DNA of 64,000 nucleotides from an uncultured Pelagibacteraceae bacterium (GCA_902590345.1 CACIWK010000001.1:142010-206009), one strand, 5' to 3'. Shown: positions 10,271 through 19,911, counted from the first letter of the stretch. Notes: generated by a model not told the origin, from the sequence alone. A program made the numbers and translations.

Positions 10271-10708
10271 ATGGTCATGTTAAAGACAGAAGTATCAGCA
10301 CCAAGCTGGGTACCAGAAGGATACAAAAAACTTGGATGGCATGCTGGCTTTGATGTCTTAATTGGACCAATGTATTTTAAAAAAGAAGAGAATAACCAAT
10401 ATAAATTCATTACTAAAATTTTGGATAAGCATCTCAATGCTCATGGTATTGCGCATGGTGGCTACTCTATGTCATTAGCAGATATTTTCTTAGGATCTAT
10501 GGTATTTGCTGCGTGTGGAAAAAAACCTTGCAGTACTATTTCACTGAATTGTAACTTTGTAAGTCCAGGTCTTCAGGATGATATTGTTGAATGTGATGCT
10601 AAGGTTACAAGAACTACGAAATCACTCGTCTTTATTGAAGGTAATTTGATCTCACAAGATAAAATTATTTTATCAGCCTCAGGTATTTGGAAAATATTAA
10701 ATCAATAA
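10271..10708 (+). CDS. PaaI-type hotdog-fold thioesterase
   Basis: HGIAHGGYSMSLADIFLG core typical of PaaI/YdiI thioesterases; AGGGAG Shine-Dalgarno sequence upstream. Confidence 0.7.
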   Translation: MVMLKTEVSAPSWVPEGYKKLGWHAGFDVLIGPMYFKKEENNQYKFITKILDKHLNAHGIAHGGYSMSLADIFLGSMVFAACGKKPCSTISLNCNFVSPGLQDDIVECDAKVTRTTKSLVFIEGNLISQDKIILSASGIWKILNQ

Positions 10709-11235
10709 TAATTCATAAATCGATCAAGGCTGATATAAGTTTTCATATCATTAATCTTATTAGTTTTAAGTAGTCTTCTTACTTCTTGGACTGAATATAT
10801 TTTTGTCTCTAGAACCTCATCTTCGTCAAAATTTGTTTCACTCTTCTTATAGCAATGAGTTAGATAGCAGTGCACTAAGCAAGTGTTATATGCTGGGGTT
10901 GAAAAGTATTTGCCTATCATTCTCCAATTTTTTCCATGATAACCGGTTTCTTCAATTAATTCTCTTTTAGCACAACTTAATGGCCTTTCTCCCGGGTCAA
11001 TAGTCCCTGCTGGGACTTCAAGCATAATTTGATCTGATCCGTATCGATATTGTTTGAGCAAAACTATAAATTTCTTATCAATTATTGGAACAATACAAGT
11101 TATACCATCGTGTACAATAAGATCCCTAATAGTTTTTTTTCCATTTACCCATTTAACTTCATCAAAATGTAAATCAAAAACATTAGCTTTAATTTTTTTC
11201 TTGGTTTTAATAAATTTTGCTTTTCTTAGAGTCAT
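10702..11235 (-). CDS. NUDIX hydrolase (ADP-ribose pyrophosphatase-like)
   Basis: NUDIX box GTIDPGERPLSCAKRELIEETGY. Confidence 0.8.
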   Translation of the reverse strand: MTLRKAKFIKTKKKIKANVFDLHFDEVKWVNGKKTIRDLIVHDGITCIVPIIDKKFIVLLKQYRYGSDQIMLEVPAGTIDPGERPLSCAKRELIEETGYHGKNWRMIGKYFSTPAYNTCLVHCYLTHCYKKSETNFDEDEVLETKIYSVQEVRRLLKTNKINDMKTYISLDRFMNYY

Positions 11236-11732
11236 TTTTGAAAATCTCTCATATTAATAAATTCGACTTTTGAATGATGCTGTTCAATCAGATTTATCAG
11301 GTCATTCGGAGCTATCGACACTGTTGACGTATTGATTAAAGGATGAAAATTCACGATTTCATACTCCATAAACTCTTGATCAAAGAAAAATTTAACTTTT
11401 TTTTCTTTATCGTTTAATAATCCAAATGGAGATACTGATCCAGGTTTGATACCTAGAATATTCATTAAATAATCTTCATTTGCAAAAGACAATTTTTTGG
11501 AGTTTAAAGGTACTGATGCTTTTTTTAAATCAGCAATAATATCCTCAATAAAACTTACTAGAAAAAAATTATTTTTTTTATCTTTCAAAAAAAGATTCTT
11601 TGAATGCGCACCATCAATTGAACCTCGAAGATTTTTAGAATCTTCGACTGTAAATAGTGGTTTATGTTCAGTAATTTTGTAACTAATAGAATGTGACTCT
11701 AACAAATTTATTAATGAATTTTTATCAAACAT
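11232..11732 (-). CDS. YbaK/ProX-type aminoacyl-tRNA editing domain protein
   Basis: HSKNLFLKDKK and GSVSPFG motifs typical of prolyl-tRNA synthetase-associated trans-editing domains. Confidence 0.65.
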   Translation of the reverse strand: MFDKNSLINLLESHSISYKITEHKPLFTVEDSKNLRGSIDGAHSKNLFLKDKKNNFFLVSFIEDIIADLKKASVPLNSKKLSFANEDYLMNILGIKPGSVSPFGLLNDKEKKVKFFFDQEFMEYEIVNFHPLINTSTVSIAPNDLINLIEQHHSKVEFINMRDFQK

Positions 11733-12601
11733 TAAGCAAGTGAACTTAATTTTTCTTTATACTTTGAGTCGGGCATTTGATTAATAAGAATTCTAAGTTG
11801 TTTCTTTGTAATCCATCCATTTAGATATGAGTCCATTTCGATAGATCCAAATAGCTTTTTTTCTTTTATTTGATATTTGTTAATATAGTTTGAAGCTTCA
11901 AGCATTTCTTCAGCATCACCAGTGTCAAACCACTTAACATCTTTTTTTAATGTAAAAACTTTTAAAAGCTTTTTTTTAAGATAAGATTGATGAACATCAA
12001 CTATTTCTAATTCTTTTCTTTTGGAGGGCTTTAAATCCTTAACAATTGATATGGAGTCCTTATCATAAAAATAAAGACCGGGTATTGTAAGATTACTCTT
12101 TGGTTTTTTTGGTTTCTCAATAATTGATTTTATATTTTTTTCTCTATCGTATTCAATAACTGCTGATTTGTGTGGATATTTTGTCTTTACAGCTAAAACA
12201 GCAGCTCCATCCTTGAGCGACTGAACTTTTTTTAAAGTTGATGTGAAGCTCTTACCAACAAATAAATTATCAGCTAAGGCTAAAACAAATGGTTTTTTAT
12301 TAATAAATTTTTTGGCAATATTAACTGCATCAGGAATTCCAATTTGTTTTTTTTGAAATGTATAACTGAATTTCATGCCAAGCTGTTTTCCCGAGCCAAA
12401 TAGTTTTCTAAATTCTGGTATATCTTTCTTTTGAGATATAAATAGCACCTCGCGAACACCAGCCTTAATTAAGTTTGATAACGCGTAATAAAGCAGAGGT
12501 TTATCGTATAAAGGCAAAAGAGGCTTCACTGTTACTTTTGTTGCAGGCGAAAGTCGAGTTCCCTTGCCGGCAGCGAGAATAATGCCTTTTTTAAATCTCA
12601 T
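11732..12601 (-). CDS. sugar-1-phosphate nucleotidylyltransferase (RfbA/G1P thymidylyltransferase-like)
   Basis: N-terminal GIILAAGKGTRLSPATKVTVKPLLPLYDKPLLYY signature. Confidence 0.75.
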   Translation of the reverse strand: MRFKKGIILAAGKGTRLSPATKVTVKPLLPLYDKPLLYYALSNLIKAGVREVLFISQKKDIPEFRKLFGSGKQLGMKFSYTFQKKQIGIPDAVNIAKKFINKKPFVLALADNLFVGKSFTSTLKKVQSLKDGAAVLAVKTKYPHKSAVIEYDREKNIKSIIEKPKKPKSNLTIPGLYFYDKDSISIVKDLKPSKRKELEIVDVHQSYLKKKLLKVFTLKKDVKWFDTGDAEEMLEASNYINKYQIKEKKLFGSIEMDSYLNGWITKKQLRILINQMPDSKYKEKLSSLA

Positions 12602-12624
12602 TAAAATTTAGTTTGTTAAAAATA

Positions 12625-13476
12625 CTATTTACTTGATTTATGTTTCAAGAAATTTTTATCTCTTAAATTTCTATACTCTGGCTTTTTCTTTTGCATTTTT
12701 GACATCATTGTAGTCATCACATCTTCTTTATGAAGCGTAGCTGCATTCCATAGTGCCACATTATCCAAGCCCTCTTTAACAGAGTGATCTCTTGAATAAT
12801 TGAGAACTTCTTTTGTAACCCACATCGCAAGTGGTGTTTTTGATGCTAATTTTTCAGCCATTTCAAAAGCACTATCAATCATTTCTTCATGACTCTCATG
12901 CAAAGAGCTCACAAGACCTACTTCTTTTGCTCTTTCAGCAGATATCTTTTCTCCCATCATAGTCCACTCACGCGCTATACCAGCAGGTATAATTTTTGGT
13001 AATCTTTGTATAGTTCCAATATCTGCTGCCAAACCTACATTTATTTCTTCAATTAAAAAAAATGCATCTTTTGTACAAAGTCTTATATCAGCGGCAGTGA
13101 TTAAATCGATACCTCCACCAATACATCCTCCTTGGACAGCGGCAACAACTGGAAATCTCGCATCTTCCAAACATGAAGCAGCACGTTGCAGAAACTTTAA
13201 CTGTTGAATAAAATATCCCCTACTTCTGCCAAGCTCTTGGTTTGTTTCGTGTTCAACAACATCATCTTTAAACATGCTAAGGTCTATTCCAGCAGAAAAG
13301 TGTGGTCCCGTGGAAGATACAATTAAAGCTCTAATCTCACCACTATCATCAAGCTCTTCAACTTCCTTTGGAAATAATCTCCAGAAATCCTCGTTCATTG
13401 AATTTCTTTTTTCAGGCCTATTGAACCTGATATGAGCAATTGAATTATTTATTTCAACATCAAAGGGTTTTGGCAT
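12625..13476 (-). CDS. enoyl-CoA hydratase/isomerase (crotonase) family, dienoyl-CoA isomerase-like
   Basis: Oxyanion-hole segments GPHFSAGIDL and AAVQGGCIGGGIDL. Confidence 0.85.
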   Translation of the reverse strand: MPKPFDVEINNSIAHIRFNRPEKRNSMNEDFWRLFPKEVEELDDSGEIRALIVSSTGPHFSAGIDLSMFKDDVVEHETNQELGRSRGYFIQQLKFLQRAASCLEDARFPVVAAVQGGCIGGGIDLITAADIRLCTKDAFFLIEEINVGLAADIGTIQRLPKIIPAGIAREWTMMGEKISAERAKEVGLVSSLHESHEEMIDSAFEMAEKLASKTPLAMWVTKEVLNYSRDHSVKEGLDNVALWNAATLHKEDVMTTMMSKMQKKKPEYRNLRDKNFLKHKSSK

Positions 13477-13550
13477 GTTTTTTTCCTCGCTTTAGATAAG
13501 TGATCTATATAAAGTATATATACATTTAAAATTAGAGAAATATATAAAAA

Positions 13551-14399
13551 ATGGCTATTAATTACGAAGAAATAATGTCCATGACTTCAGAAAACATTGA
13601 AGTTTCCTATACTGATAAAGACTCAATTCTCTATAGTCTAGGCGTCGGTCTTGGGAATGACCCAATGAATTTAGATGAATTAAAGTTTGTCTATGAAAAT
13701 TCACAAATTGCATTACCGTCAATGGCTACTAATTTTCAATATCACTCACCATTATTGCTGAAGACAAATATTAATTTCATTATGGTTGTTCATGGTGAAC
13801 AGAGATTATCTGTAACCAATCCTTTACCTGTCTCAGGAGATTTTATAGCCAACGCAAAAGTTATAGGTTGTTATGATAAAGGTCCTGGTAAGGGTGCAGT
13901 TATTGAGGTTGAAACAACTGTAAATCTTAAAAAAGATAATACGGAAATCTGTAAGCTCGTTAGTACAACATTCGCTAGGGGGGATGGTGGCTTTGGTGGA
14001 CCTGAGTCTCCAAAAAAAGAATTAGTAAGACCTGAGGGTAAACCAGATTATGTACATGAAATAAATACCAAACCTGATCAAGCATTAATTTTTAGACTTT
14101 CAGGTGATTACAACCCATTGCACTCTGATCCAAATTTTGCAAAGTCTGCTGGTTTTGAACGGCCAATTCTACATGGCATGTGCACATACGGTATCGCATG
14201 CAGATCAATTATTGAAAGTGTCTGCGATAAAGATGTAAAGAAACTTAAAAGATTTGATTGCCGTTTTTCTTCACCTGTATATCCTGGAGAAACAATAGTT
14301 ACAGAAATGTGGATAGATGGTAATAATGTTTATTATCAGTGCAAAGCAAAAGAACGTGATAAGATGGTAATTAAAAATGGAGTGAGTGAAATAATATGA
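13551..14399 (+). CDS. MaoC-like double hotdog (R)-hydratase
   Basis: Hydratase 2 motif RLSGDYNPLHSDPNFAKSAGFERPILHGMCTYG. Confidence 0.8.
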   Translation: MAINYEEIMSMTSENIEVSYTDKDSILYSLGVGLGNDPMNLDELKFVYENSQIALPSMATNFQYHSPLLLKTNINFIMVVHGEQRLSVTNPLPVSGDFIANAKVIGCYDKGPGKGAVIEVETTVNLKKDNTEICKLVSTTFARGDGGFGGPESPKKELVRPEGKPDYVHEINTKPDQALIFRLSGDYNPLHSDPNFAKSAGFERPILHGMCTYGIACRSIIESVCDKDVKKLKRFDCRFSSPVYPGETIVTEMWIDGNNVYYQCKAKERDKMVIKNGVSEII

Positions 14400-15583
14400 T
14401 ACCAAAAGTTGGAATTTCTGAGGGTAAAGAACCTCTTTTTTATAATGAGTCTCATCATGCATGGAGAGAAGAAGTAAGAAAATTTGTTTCAAAGGAAATA
14501 GCTCCTTTTGTTGAAGAATGGGAAGAAGCTGGTGAGTTTCCAAGAGAACTCTATAAAAAAGCCGCTGATGTAGGTCTAATGGGAATGGGCTATGACGAAA
14601 AGTATGGCGGTACAACAGAAGGTATTGATATCTTTCACGGCATCGTAACAGCTGAGGAATTCGCCCATGGATGTGGTGGTGTTTCAGCAAGTCTTTTATC
14701 ACACAATATTGCGATACCATTAATACAATCTTTGGGTACAGAAGAGCAAAAAGAAAAATTTATTCCCCCAGTGGTAAGAGGGGAAAAGATAGCAGCTCTT
14801 GCAATGACAGAGCCTTCGGGAGGATCAGATGTTGCAAGTTTAAAAACTAAAGCAGTTAGAAAAGGCGACCATTTCATCGTTAATGGCTCAAAAATGTTCA
14901 TCACAAGTGGAATGCGTGCTGATACATATGTAGTTGGTGTAAGAACTGGTGGTGAAGGTGCTACCGGAATATCAGTTCTGGTTATTGAAAAGGATACGCC
15001 TGGCTTCACGCAAACACCTCTCAAAAAAATGGGATGGCTCAGCTCCGATACAGCTGTACTTTACTTTGATGATTGTAAAGTGCCTGTAGAAAATTTGATT
15101 GGTGGAGAAAACAGTGGCTGGATTGGTGTGATGAGCAACTTCAGTCAAGAAAGACTTGGTATGGCAGCTGGTATGAATGCATACTCTCAAATTTGTATTG
15201 ATGAAGCTGTAGCTTGGGCAAAAGAGCGGAAAACATTTGGTAAGCCATTGATTGATAATCAGGTGATAAAACATAAACTCGTTGACATGAACAGAGCAGT
15301 TAAAACATCAAGGGCTTGGACTGAACTGCTATCTTGGAGAGTAATGAATGGTGAAAGTCCAATTGCAGACTTGGCAATGCTGAAAGTACATGCAAGTAAA
15401 GCAATGGAACTATGCGCAAGAGAAGCAATGCAAATACTTGGTGGAGCGGGATACCTTCGAGCTAATAGCGGGCCTGGAAAAGTTGAGAGAATTTATCGAG
15501 AAGTAAGAGTTAATGCCATTGGCGGTGGATCAGAAGAAATAATGTACGATTTAGCTGCAAGACAATTGGGATATAGATCTTAA
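14396..15583 (+). CDS. acyl-CoA dehydrogenase
   Basis: ALAMTEPSGGSDVAS, GGAGYLR and IGGGSEEIM (catalytic Glu region); ATGA overlap with the MaoC gene. Confidence 0.9.
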   Translation: MIPKVGISEGKEPLFYNESHHAWREEVRKFVSKEIAPFVEEWEEAGEFPRELYKKAADVGLMGMGYDEKYGGTTEGIDIFHGIVTAEEFAHGCGGVSASLLSHNIAIPLIQSLGTEEQKEKFIPPVVRGEKIAALAMTEPSGGSDVASLKTKAVRKGDHFIVNGSKMFITSGMRADTYVVGVRTGGEGATGISVLVIEKDTPGFTQTPLKKMGWLSSDTAVLYFDDCKVPVENLIGGENSGWIGVMSNFSQERLGMAAGMNAYSQICIDEAVAWAKERKTFGKPLIDNQVIKHKLVDMNRAVKTSRAWTELLSWRVMNGESPIADLAMLKVHASKAMELCAREAMQILGGAGYLRANSGPGKVERIYREVRVNAIGGGSEEIMYDLAARQLGYRS

Positions 15584-17353
15584 TTAAAACTCTGCAACTT
15601 CCATATCCATCATTGACGACTTGCCTGCTTGCACTTTTTTTGAGTACATAGTTAACTCTGGCATAATCTTTTCAACAAAATACGTTCCAGTTTTTATTTT
15701 ATTTTTATGAATAGGTTCATTTTTTCCAACTGAGAACTTTGCCATGCGTGCCCACATATATGTCATTGAAGATAGAGCTACTAAATTTAGGTAATCAGTA
15801 GCAGAAGCAAGAGCATTTTCGGGATCCTGCATACCGTTTTGCATTAACCACATTGTTGATGCAGTAACTTCATTGAGAGCATTCTCGAGAGGTTTAATAA
15901 ATGAGGATATTTCCTCATTATCTTTATTTTCAGATAGAAATTTTTGAACCTCTTTTTGGAAATTTTGTAACAACCGTCCCTGGTGCATTGTTAATTTTCT
16001 TCCAACTAAGTCTAACGCTTGAATGCCATTTGTACCCTCATATATCATTGTAATTCTTACATCTCTCATGTACTGCTCGAGAGGATATTCTTTTGTAAAA
16101 CCACTACCACCTAAAACCTGTAAAGATTCTGAACAATTTAAAAAACCTCTGTCAGTGCAGTAAGCTTTAATTATTGGTGTCATCAATGCAGCAAAATCAT
16201 CAGCTTCCTGTCTAACTTTTTCATCGGGATGATCTTCTGCAAGATCAATTTTCATTGCTGTATAAATGCATAATGCACGCATTGCTTCAGTTGTTGCTTT
16301 GACATTCATTAACATTCTTCTTACGTCAGGATGAACGATTATATTGTCAGCTTTACTACCTTTGTCTTGCTTATCCTTGACAACTGACCTCATTTGTTTT
16401 CTTTCTTTTGCAAATTCTAAGGCGTTTTGATATGAGATCTCAGACATTGCTATACCTTGGAGTCCAACTTTTAAACGTGCATCATTCATCATCAGAAACA
16501 TTGCTTCCATACCTTTGTTTTTTTCTCCAACAAGCCAACCTTTTGCATTTTCAAGGTTCATAACGCAAGTTGGCGAAGAATTAATTCCAAGCTTATGTTC
16601 TAATCCGCCACAATAAATTGTATTTCGAGAATTATCATCCAGTCTCTTTGGTACAAGAAATAAACTTATTCCTTTAATACCCTCGGGTGCGTCTGGTGTT
16701 CTTGCAAGTACAAGATGAATAATATTTTCTGTTAAGTCATGTTCGCCAAATGAAATCCAAATTTTTTGGCCTGTTAATTCATAGTGGTCATCTTTAGGAA
16801 CTGCAGTTGATTTTATTAAACCAAGGTCAGTTCCACACTGCGGTTCTGTTAGACACATAGTGCCCATCCACTCACCTGAAGTCATATTAGGTAGATATTT
16901 ATCCTTAAGTTCCTCTGTAGCTTTTTTTAAGATAGTCTTCATTGCACCGTGACTTAATCCTGGACCCATATAGAATGCCATATTAGCAGCTATTCCAATC
17001 TCACCTGCAAGTATGGCAGTCGTGAACGGTGCTCCACCGCCACCATATTGAGTTGGCATAGTAGCACCAACATAGCCTGACGACTTTACTGCATCATACA
17101 ATTTTTTAAATCTTTCAGGAGTATGAACTTCAGGACCTTCTGCGCCGTCAGTGACATATTTTAAGCCTTCTCTATCTCCAATTTTGTTACTATCTATTAC
17201 TTCTTGCTCATTAAGGCGCCCAATTTCAGAAACAACGCTCATGAGAGTTTCGGAATCATATTCCTTGAACTTTTCTATGCCAGCAATGACCTCATCGTAG
17301 TTAAGCATAGCCAGATTGTATTTGAAATCTTCTATTGGACTTTTGTACGACAT
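15584..17353 (-). CDS. long (589 aa) acyl-CoA dehydrogenase with extra C-terminal domain (FadE/DmdC-like)
   Basis: MCLTEPQCGTDLG; VLGGSGFTKEYPLEQYMRDVRITMIYEGTNGIQ; roughly 150 aa C-terminal extension. Confidence 0.85.
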   Translation of the reverse strand: MSYKSPIEDFKYNLAMLNYDEVIAGIEKFKEYDSETLMSVVSEIGRLNEQEVIDSNKIGDREGLKYVTDGAEGPEVHTPERFKKLYDAVKSSGYVGATMPTQYGGGGAPFTTAILAGEIGIAANMAFYMGPGLSHGAMKTILKKATEELKDKYLPNMTSGEWMGTMCLTEPQCGTDLGLIKSTAVPKDDHYELTGQKIWISFGEHDLTENIIHLVLARTPDAPEGIKGISLFLVPKRLDDNSRNTIYCGGLEHKLGINSSPTCVMNLENAKGWLVGEKNKGMEAMFLMMNDARLKVGLQGIAMSEISYQNALEFAKERKQMRSVVKDKQDKGSKADNIIVHPDVRRMLMNVKATTEAMRALCIYTAMKIDLAEDHPDEKVRQEADDFAALMTPIIKAYCTDRGFLNCSESLQVLGGSGFTKEYPLEQYMRDVRITMIYEGTNGIQALDLVGRKLTMHQGRLLQNFQKEVQKFLSENKDNEEISSFIKPLENALNEVTASTMWLMQNGMQDPENALASATDYLNLVALSSMTYMWARMAKFSVGKNEPIHKNKIKTGTYFVEKIMPELTMYSKKVQAGKSSMMDMEVAEF

Positions 17354-17465
17354 AGGTTTAAGAATATTTATTGTAGTTTAAATATATATAACCTTTGTCT
17401 CATAAATTGCAAATTTCTAATTTTGTTGGCCATATCGATGGGGAAAGTCTGAAAAGTTTAGAATT

Positions 17466-18389
17466 ATGAGTATTTATCTGCCTATTGCAGAGCTCTCAGT
17501 TAACATTTTTCTATTATTGTCTTTAGGTGGAGTTGTAGGATTTCTGTCAGGCATGTTTGGTTTAGGTGGAGGCTTTTTAATGACCCCATTACTAATATTT
17601 ATAGGCATACCTACCAATGTTGCGGTAGCAACTTCAGCAAACCAAATTGTTGCATCATCAATTTCTGGAACATTAGGACATTGGAGACAAGGTCTTGTAG
17701 ATTTTAAAATGGGAGGAGTATTGCTTATTGGCGCCTTCTTTGGATCAATCTTGGGCGTTTGGATATTCAGTAGGCTTGTTGCAATTGGTCAAATTGATAC
17801 TGTGATCTCAATTCTATATTTTGCTCTTTTAACAGGTATAGGTTTATCAATGCTGATTGAAAGTTCTAAAGTAATAAGGGATAGAATAAGAAGAAAAAGT
17901 GTTAAACGAAAGATTCATTATCATAACTGGGCGCATAGATTGCCCTTCAAAGTTAGATTTTATAAATCTAAATTATACATAAGTGTTATTCCTCCAATTA
18001 TAATTGGTTTTGTGATCGGCATCTTATCAGCAACAATGGGCATTGGTGGTGCTTTCATATTAATCCCTGCAATGATTTATTTTTTGGGAATGCCAACCTC
18101 AAAAGTAATAGGCACATCGTTATTCCAAATTATTTTCATAACTGCACTTGTTACAATTCTACATGCTACTACTACTTTTGCTGTTGATGCAGTTCTAGCT
18201 TTCTTTTTAATACTTTCTTCTGTAGTTGGTGCTCAAGTAGGGGTATTAGCGGCCAATAAGTTAAGAGGTGAAGAAATAAGGGCTTTACTAGCCATTATAG
18301 TACTTGGTGTTGCAACTAAAATTGCGCTTGATTTGTTAGTAGAGCCTAACGAAATTTTTAATTTATCTGTAATAAGATTAGTTTTTTGA
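17466..18389 (+). CDS. TauE/SafE (DUF81) family anion exporter-like membrane protein
   Basis: Duplicated halves, each with a GxGGG motif (FGLGGGFLMTPLL and MGIGGAFILIPAM). Confidence 0.8.
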   Translation: MSIYLPIAELSVNIFLLLSLGGVVGFLSGMFGLGGGFLMTPLLIFIGIPTNVAVATSANQIVASSISGTLGHWRQGLVDFKMGGVLLIGAFFGSILGVWIFSRLVAIGQIDTVISILYFALLTGIGLSMLIESSKVIRDRIRRKSVKRKIHYHNWAHRLPFKVRFYKSKLYISVIPPIIIGFVIGILSATMGIGGAFILIPAMIYFLGMPTSKVIGTSLFQIIFITALVTILHATTTFAVDAVLAFFLILSSVVGAQVGVLAANKLRGEEIRALLAIIVLGVATKIALDLLVEPNEIFNLSVIRLVF

Positions 18390-19180
18390 TGATCAAACAA
18401 TTAATTATTTTATTTTATTTTTTGACTGGAGTGTTAACGCCTTCAATTTCAATTGCACTTGTAATTGGCTCAGACCAGGAAGAAATATATATAGACGCAA
18501 ATTTCTCTGGTGAAGAGCTTCTTGTTTTTGGGGCATTTTATTCTGATCCATCTCAGTCAAGAGATAGTAAAAGTGATATACTTATAGAAGTTGTCGGCCC
18601 TCCTGAGGATGTTGTATTAAGAAAGAAAGACTCATATTTTGGATTTTGGTTGAATTCTAAAAGTGTAACTTTCAGAGATGTACCAGGTTTTTATTATCTT
18701 TCGAGTACATCTGAACTTACAGATGAATTTTTAAGGAATAATCAAATCGGACTACTTGAGAGAAATAAATCAGAGATGATTGATTGGAGCTTACTTACTA
18801 CTGATTGGGGAAGCATTATAAATGAAAAGGAAAAAGAAGAATTCTATAATGCTCTAATTAGAACAAAGCAAAATGATAGTTTGTACAAACAAGTTTCAGA
18901 TGAAATTGAAATAATTGATGGAAATCTATTCAGATCTTATATTGATATTCCAAATACCGTTCCTGTAGGAGAATACACTGTTAATCTTCATTTAATTATA
19001 GATAATGAGGTGTCTCAGGAATATTCTTATAATTTTATGGTTACTAGAGTTGGAATTGAGGAAGCAATCTATTCATTTTCAAAAAACTATCCATTCTTTT
19101 ACGGATTGATTTCCTTGATAATTGCAATAATTATTGGTTGGAGTGGTGCTGAAATATTTAAAAGATTTAGAAGAATTTAG
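18386..19180 (+). CDS. TIGR02186 / Alph_Pro_TM family protein (signal peptide plus C-terminal TM anchor)
   Basis: IYIDANFSGEELLVFGAF near the N-terminus and a single C-terminal TM. It follows a DUF81 gene, which is the pairing typical of this family. ATGA overlap upstream. Confidence 0.55.
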   Translation: MMIKQLIILFYFLTGVLTPSISIALVIGSDQEEIYIDANFSGEELLVFGAFYSDPSQSRDSKSDILIEVVGPPEDVVLRKKDSYFGFWLNSKSVTFRDVPGFYYLSSTSELTDEFLRNNQIGLLERNKSEMIDWSLLTTDWGSIINEKEKEEFYNALIRTKQNDSLYKQVSDEIEIIDGNLFRSYIDIPNTVPVGEYTVNLHLIIDNEVSQEYSYNFMVTRVGIEEAIYSFSKNYPFFYGLISLIIAIIIGWSGAEIFKRFRRI

Positions 19181-19911
19181 TGACTGAAATATCATATTTA
19201 TATGTAGTTCTTGCAGGACTCCTTAGTTTTCTATCTCCATGTGTATTACCAATTGTTCCAGGTTACTTGTGTTTTATGGCGGGAACTAGTTTGGATAAAT
19301 TACAATTGGACCAAGGTGATGAAATTAAAAAAAAGGTTTTTAGTTTTTCATTAAGTTTCGTGTTTGGGTTTTCAACTGTATTTGTAATCTTAGGTGCTTC
19401 TGCAACTTTACTAAGTAGCTTAGTTTATGAATATCTCGATATTTTACGTATTGCTGGAGGAATAATAATTATTATTTTTGGTATTCATTTTATGCAAATC
19501 ATACAAATACCATTTTTAAACAGGGAGATGAGATACCAAATTGAAAGCTATAGACCAGGTATAGTTGGCTCTTATGTAATTGGTTTATCATTTGCATTTG
19601 GATGGACACCTTGCATTGGGCCTATTCTAGGAAGTGTTTTATCGATAGCCGCAAGCTCAGAGACAGTAACGTATGGAATAGTTTTACTAATGCTGTATTC
19701 AGCTGGCTTGGGCATACCTTTTCTAATAGCAGCTTATGCAATAAATGGCTTTATGAAATTTTTATCAAGAATAAGAAATTATATAAGATTAATCGAAATT
19801 TTTACTGGTCTTTTACTAATTTTATTTGGTATCCTGATACTAACAAACAGAATTCAAGAATTGGCTTTCTTTTTTATAAAGTATTTTCCATTCTTAGCGC
19901 AATTTGGATAA
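19180..19911 (+). CDS. ccdA: cytochrome c biogenesis thiol-disulfide transporter CcdA (DsbD family)
   Basis: The two conserved Cys motifs LSPCVLPIVPGYL and GWTPCIGPILG. GTG start shares one base with the upstream TAG. Confidence 0.8.
   Translation: MTEISYLYVVLAGLLSFLSPCVLPIVPGYLCFMAGTSLDKLQLDQGDEIKKKVFSFSLSFVFGFSTVFVILGASATLLSSLVYEYLDILRIAGGIIIIIFGIHFMQIIQIPFLNREMRYQIESYRPGIVGSYVIGLSFAFGWTPCIGPILGSVLSIAASSETVTYGIVLLMLYSAGLGIPFLIAAYAINGFMKFLSRIRNYIRLIEIFTGLLLILFGILILTNRIQELAFFFIKYFPFLAQFG

Noticed and set aside
14271-15274. Three sizeable minus-strand ORFs (14271-14720, 14635-15024, 14972-15274) across the MaoC/acyl-CoA dehydrogenase genes.
   Set aside because: They lie antisense to two genes with unmistakable family motifs, and their translations are low-complexity with no recognisable domains. 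Treated as shadow ORFs. The same reasoning applies to 801-998, 1991-2197, 7030-7372, 9049-9542, 20029-20610, 21155-21742, 22822-23145, 27337-27636, 31390-31605, 36137-36367, 37804-38382, 40245-40470, 45632-45841, 46353-46547, 47142-47519 and 49078-49405.
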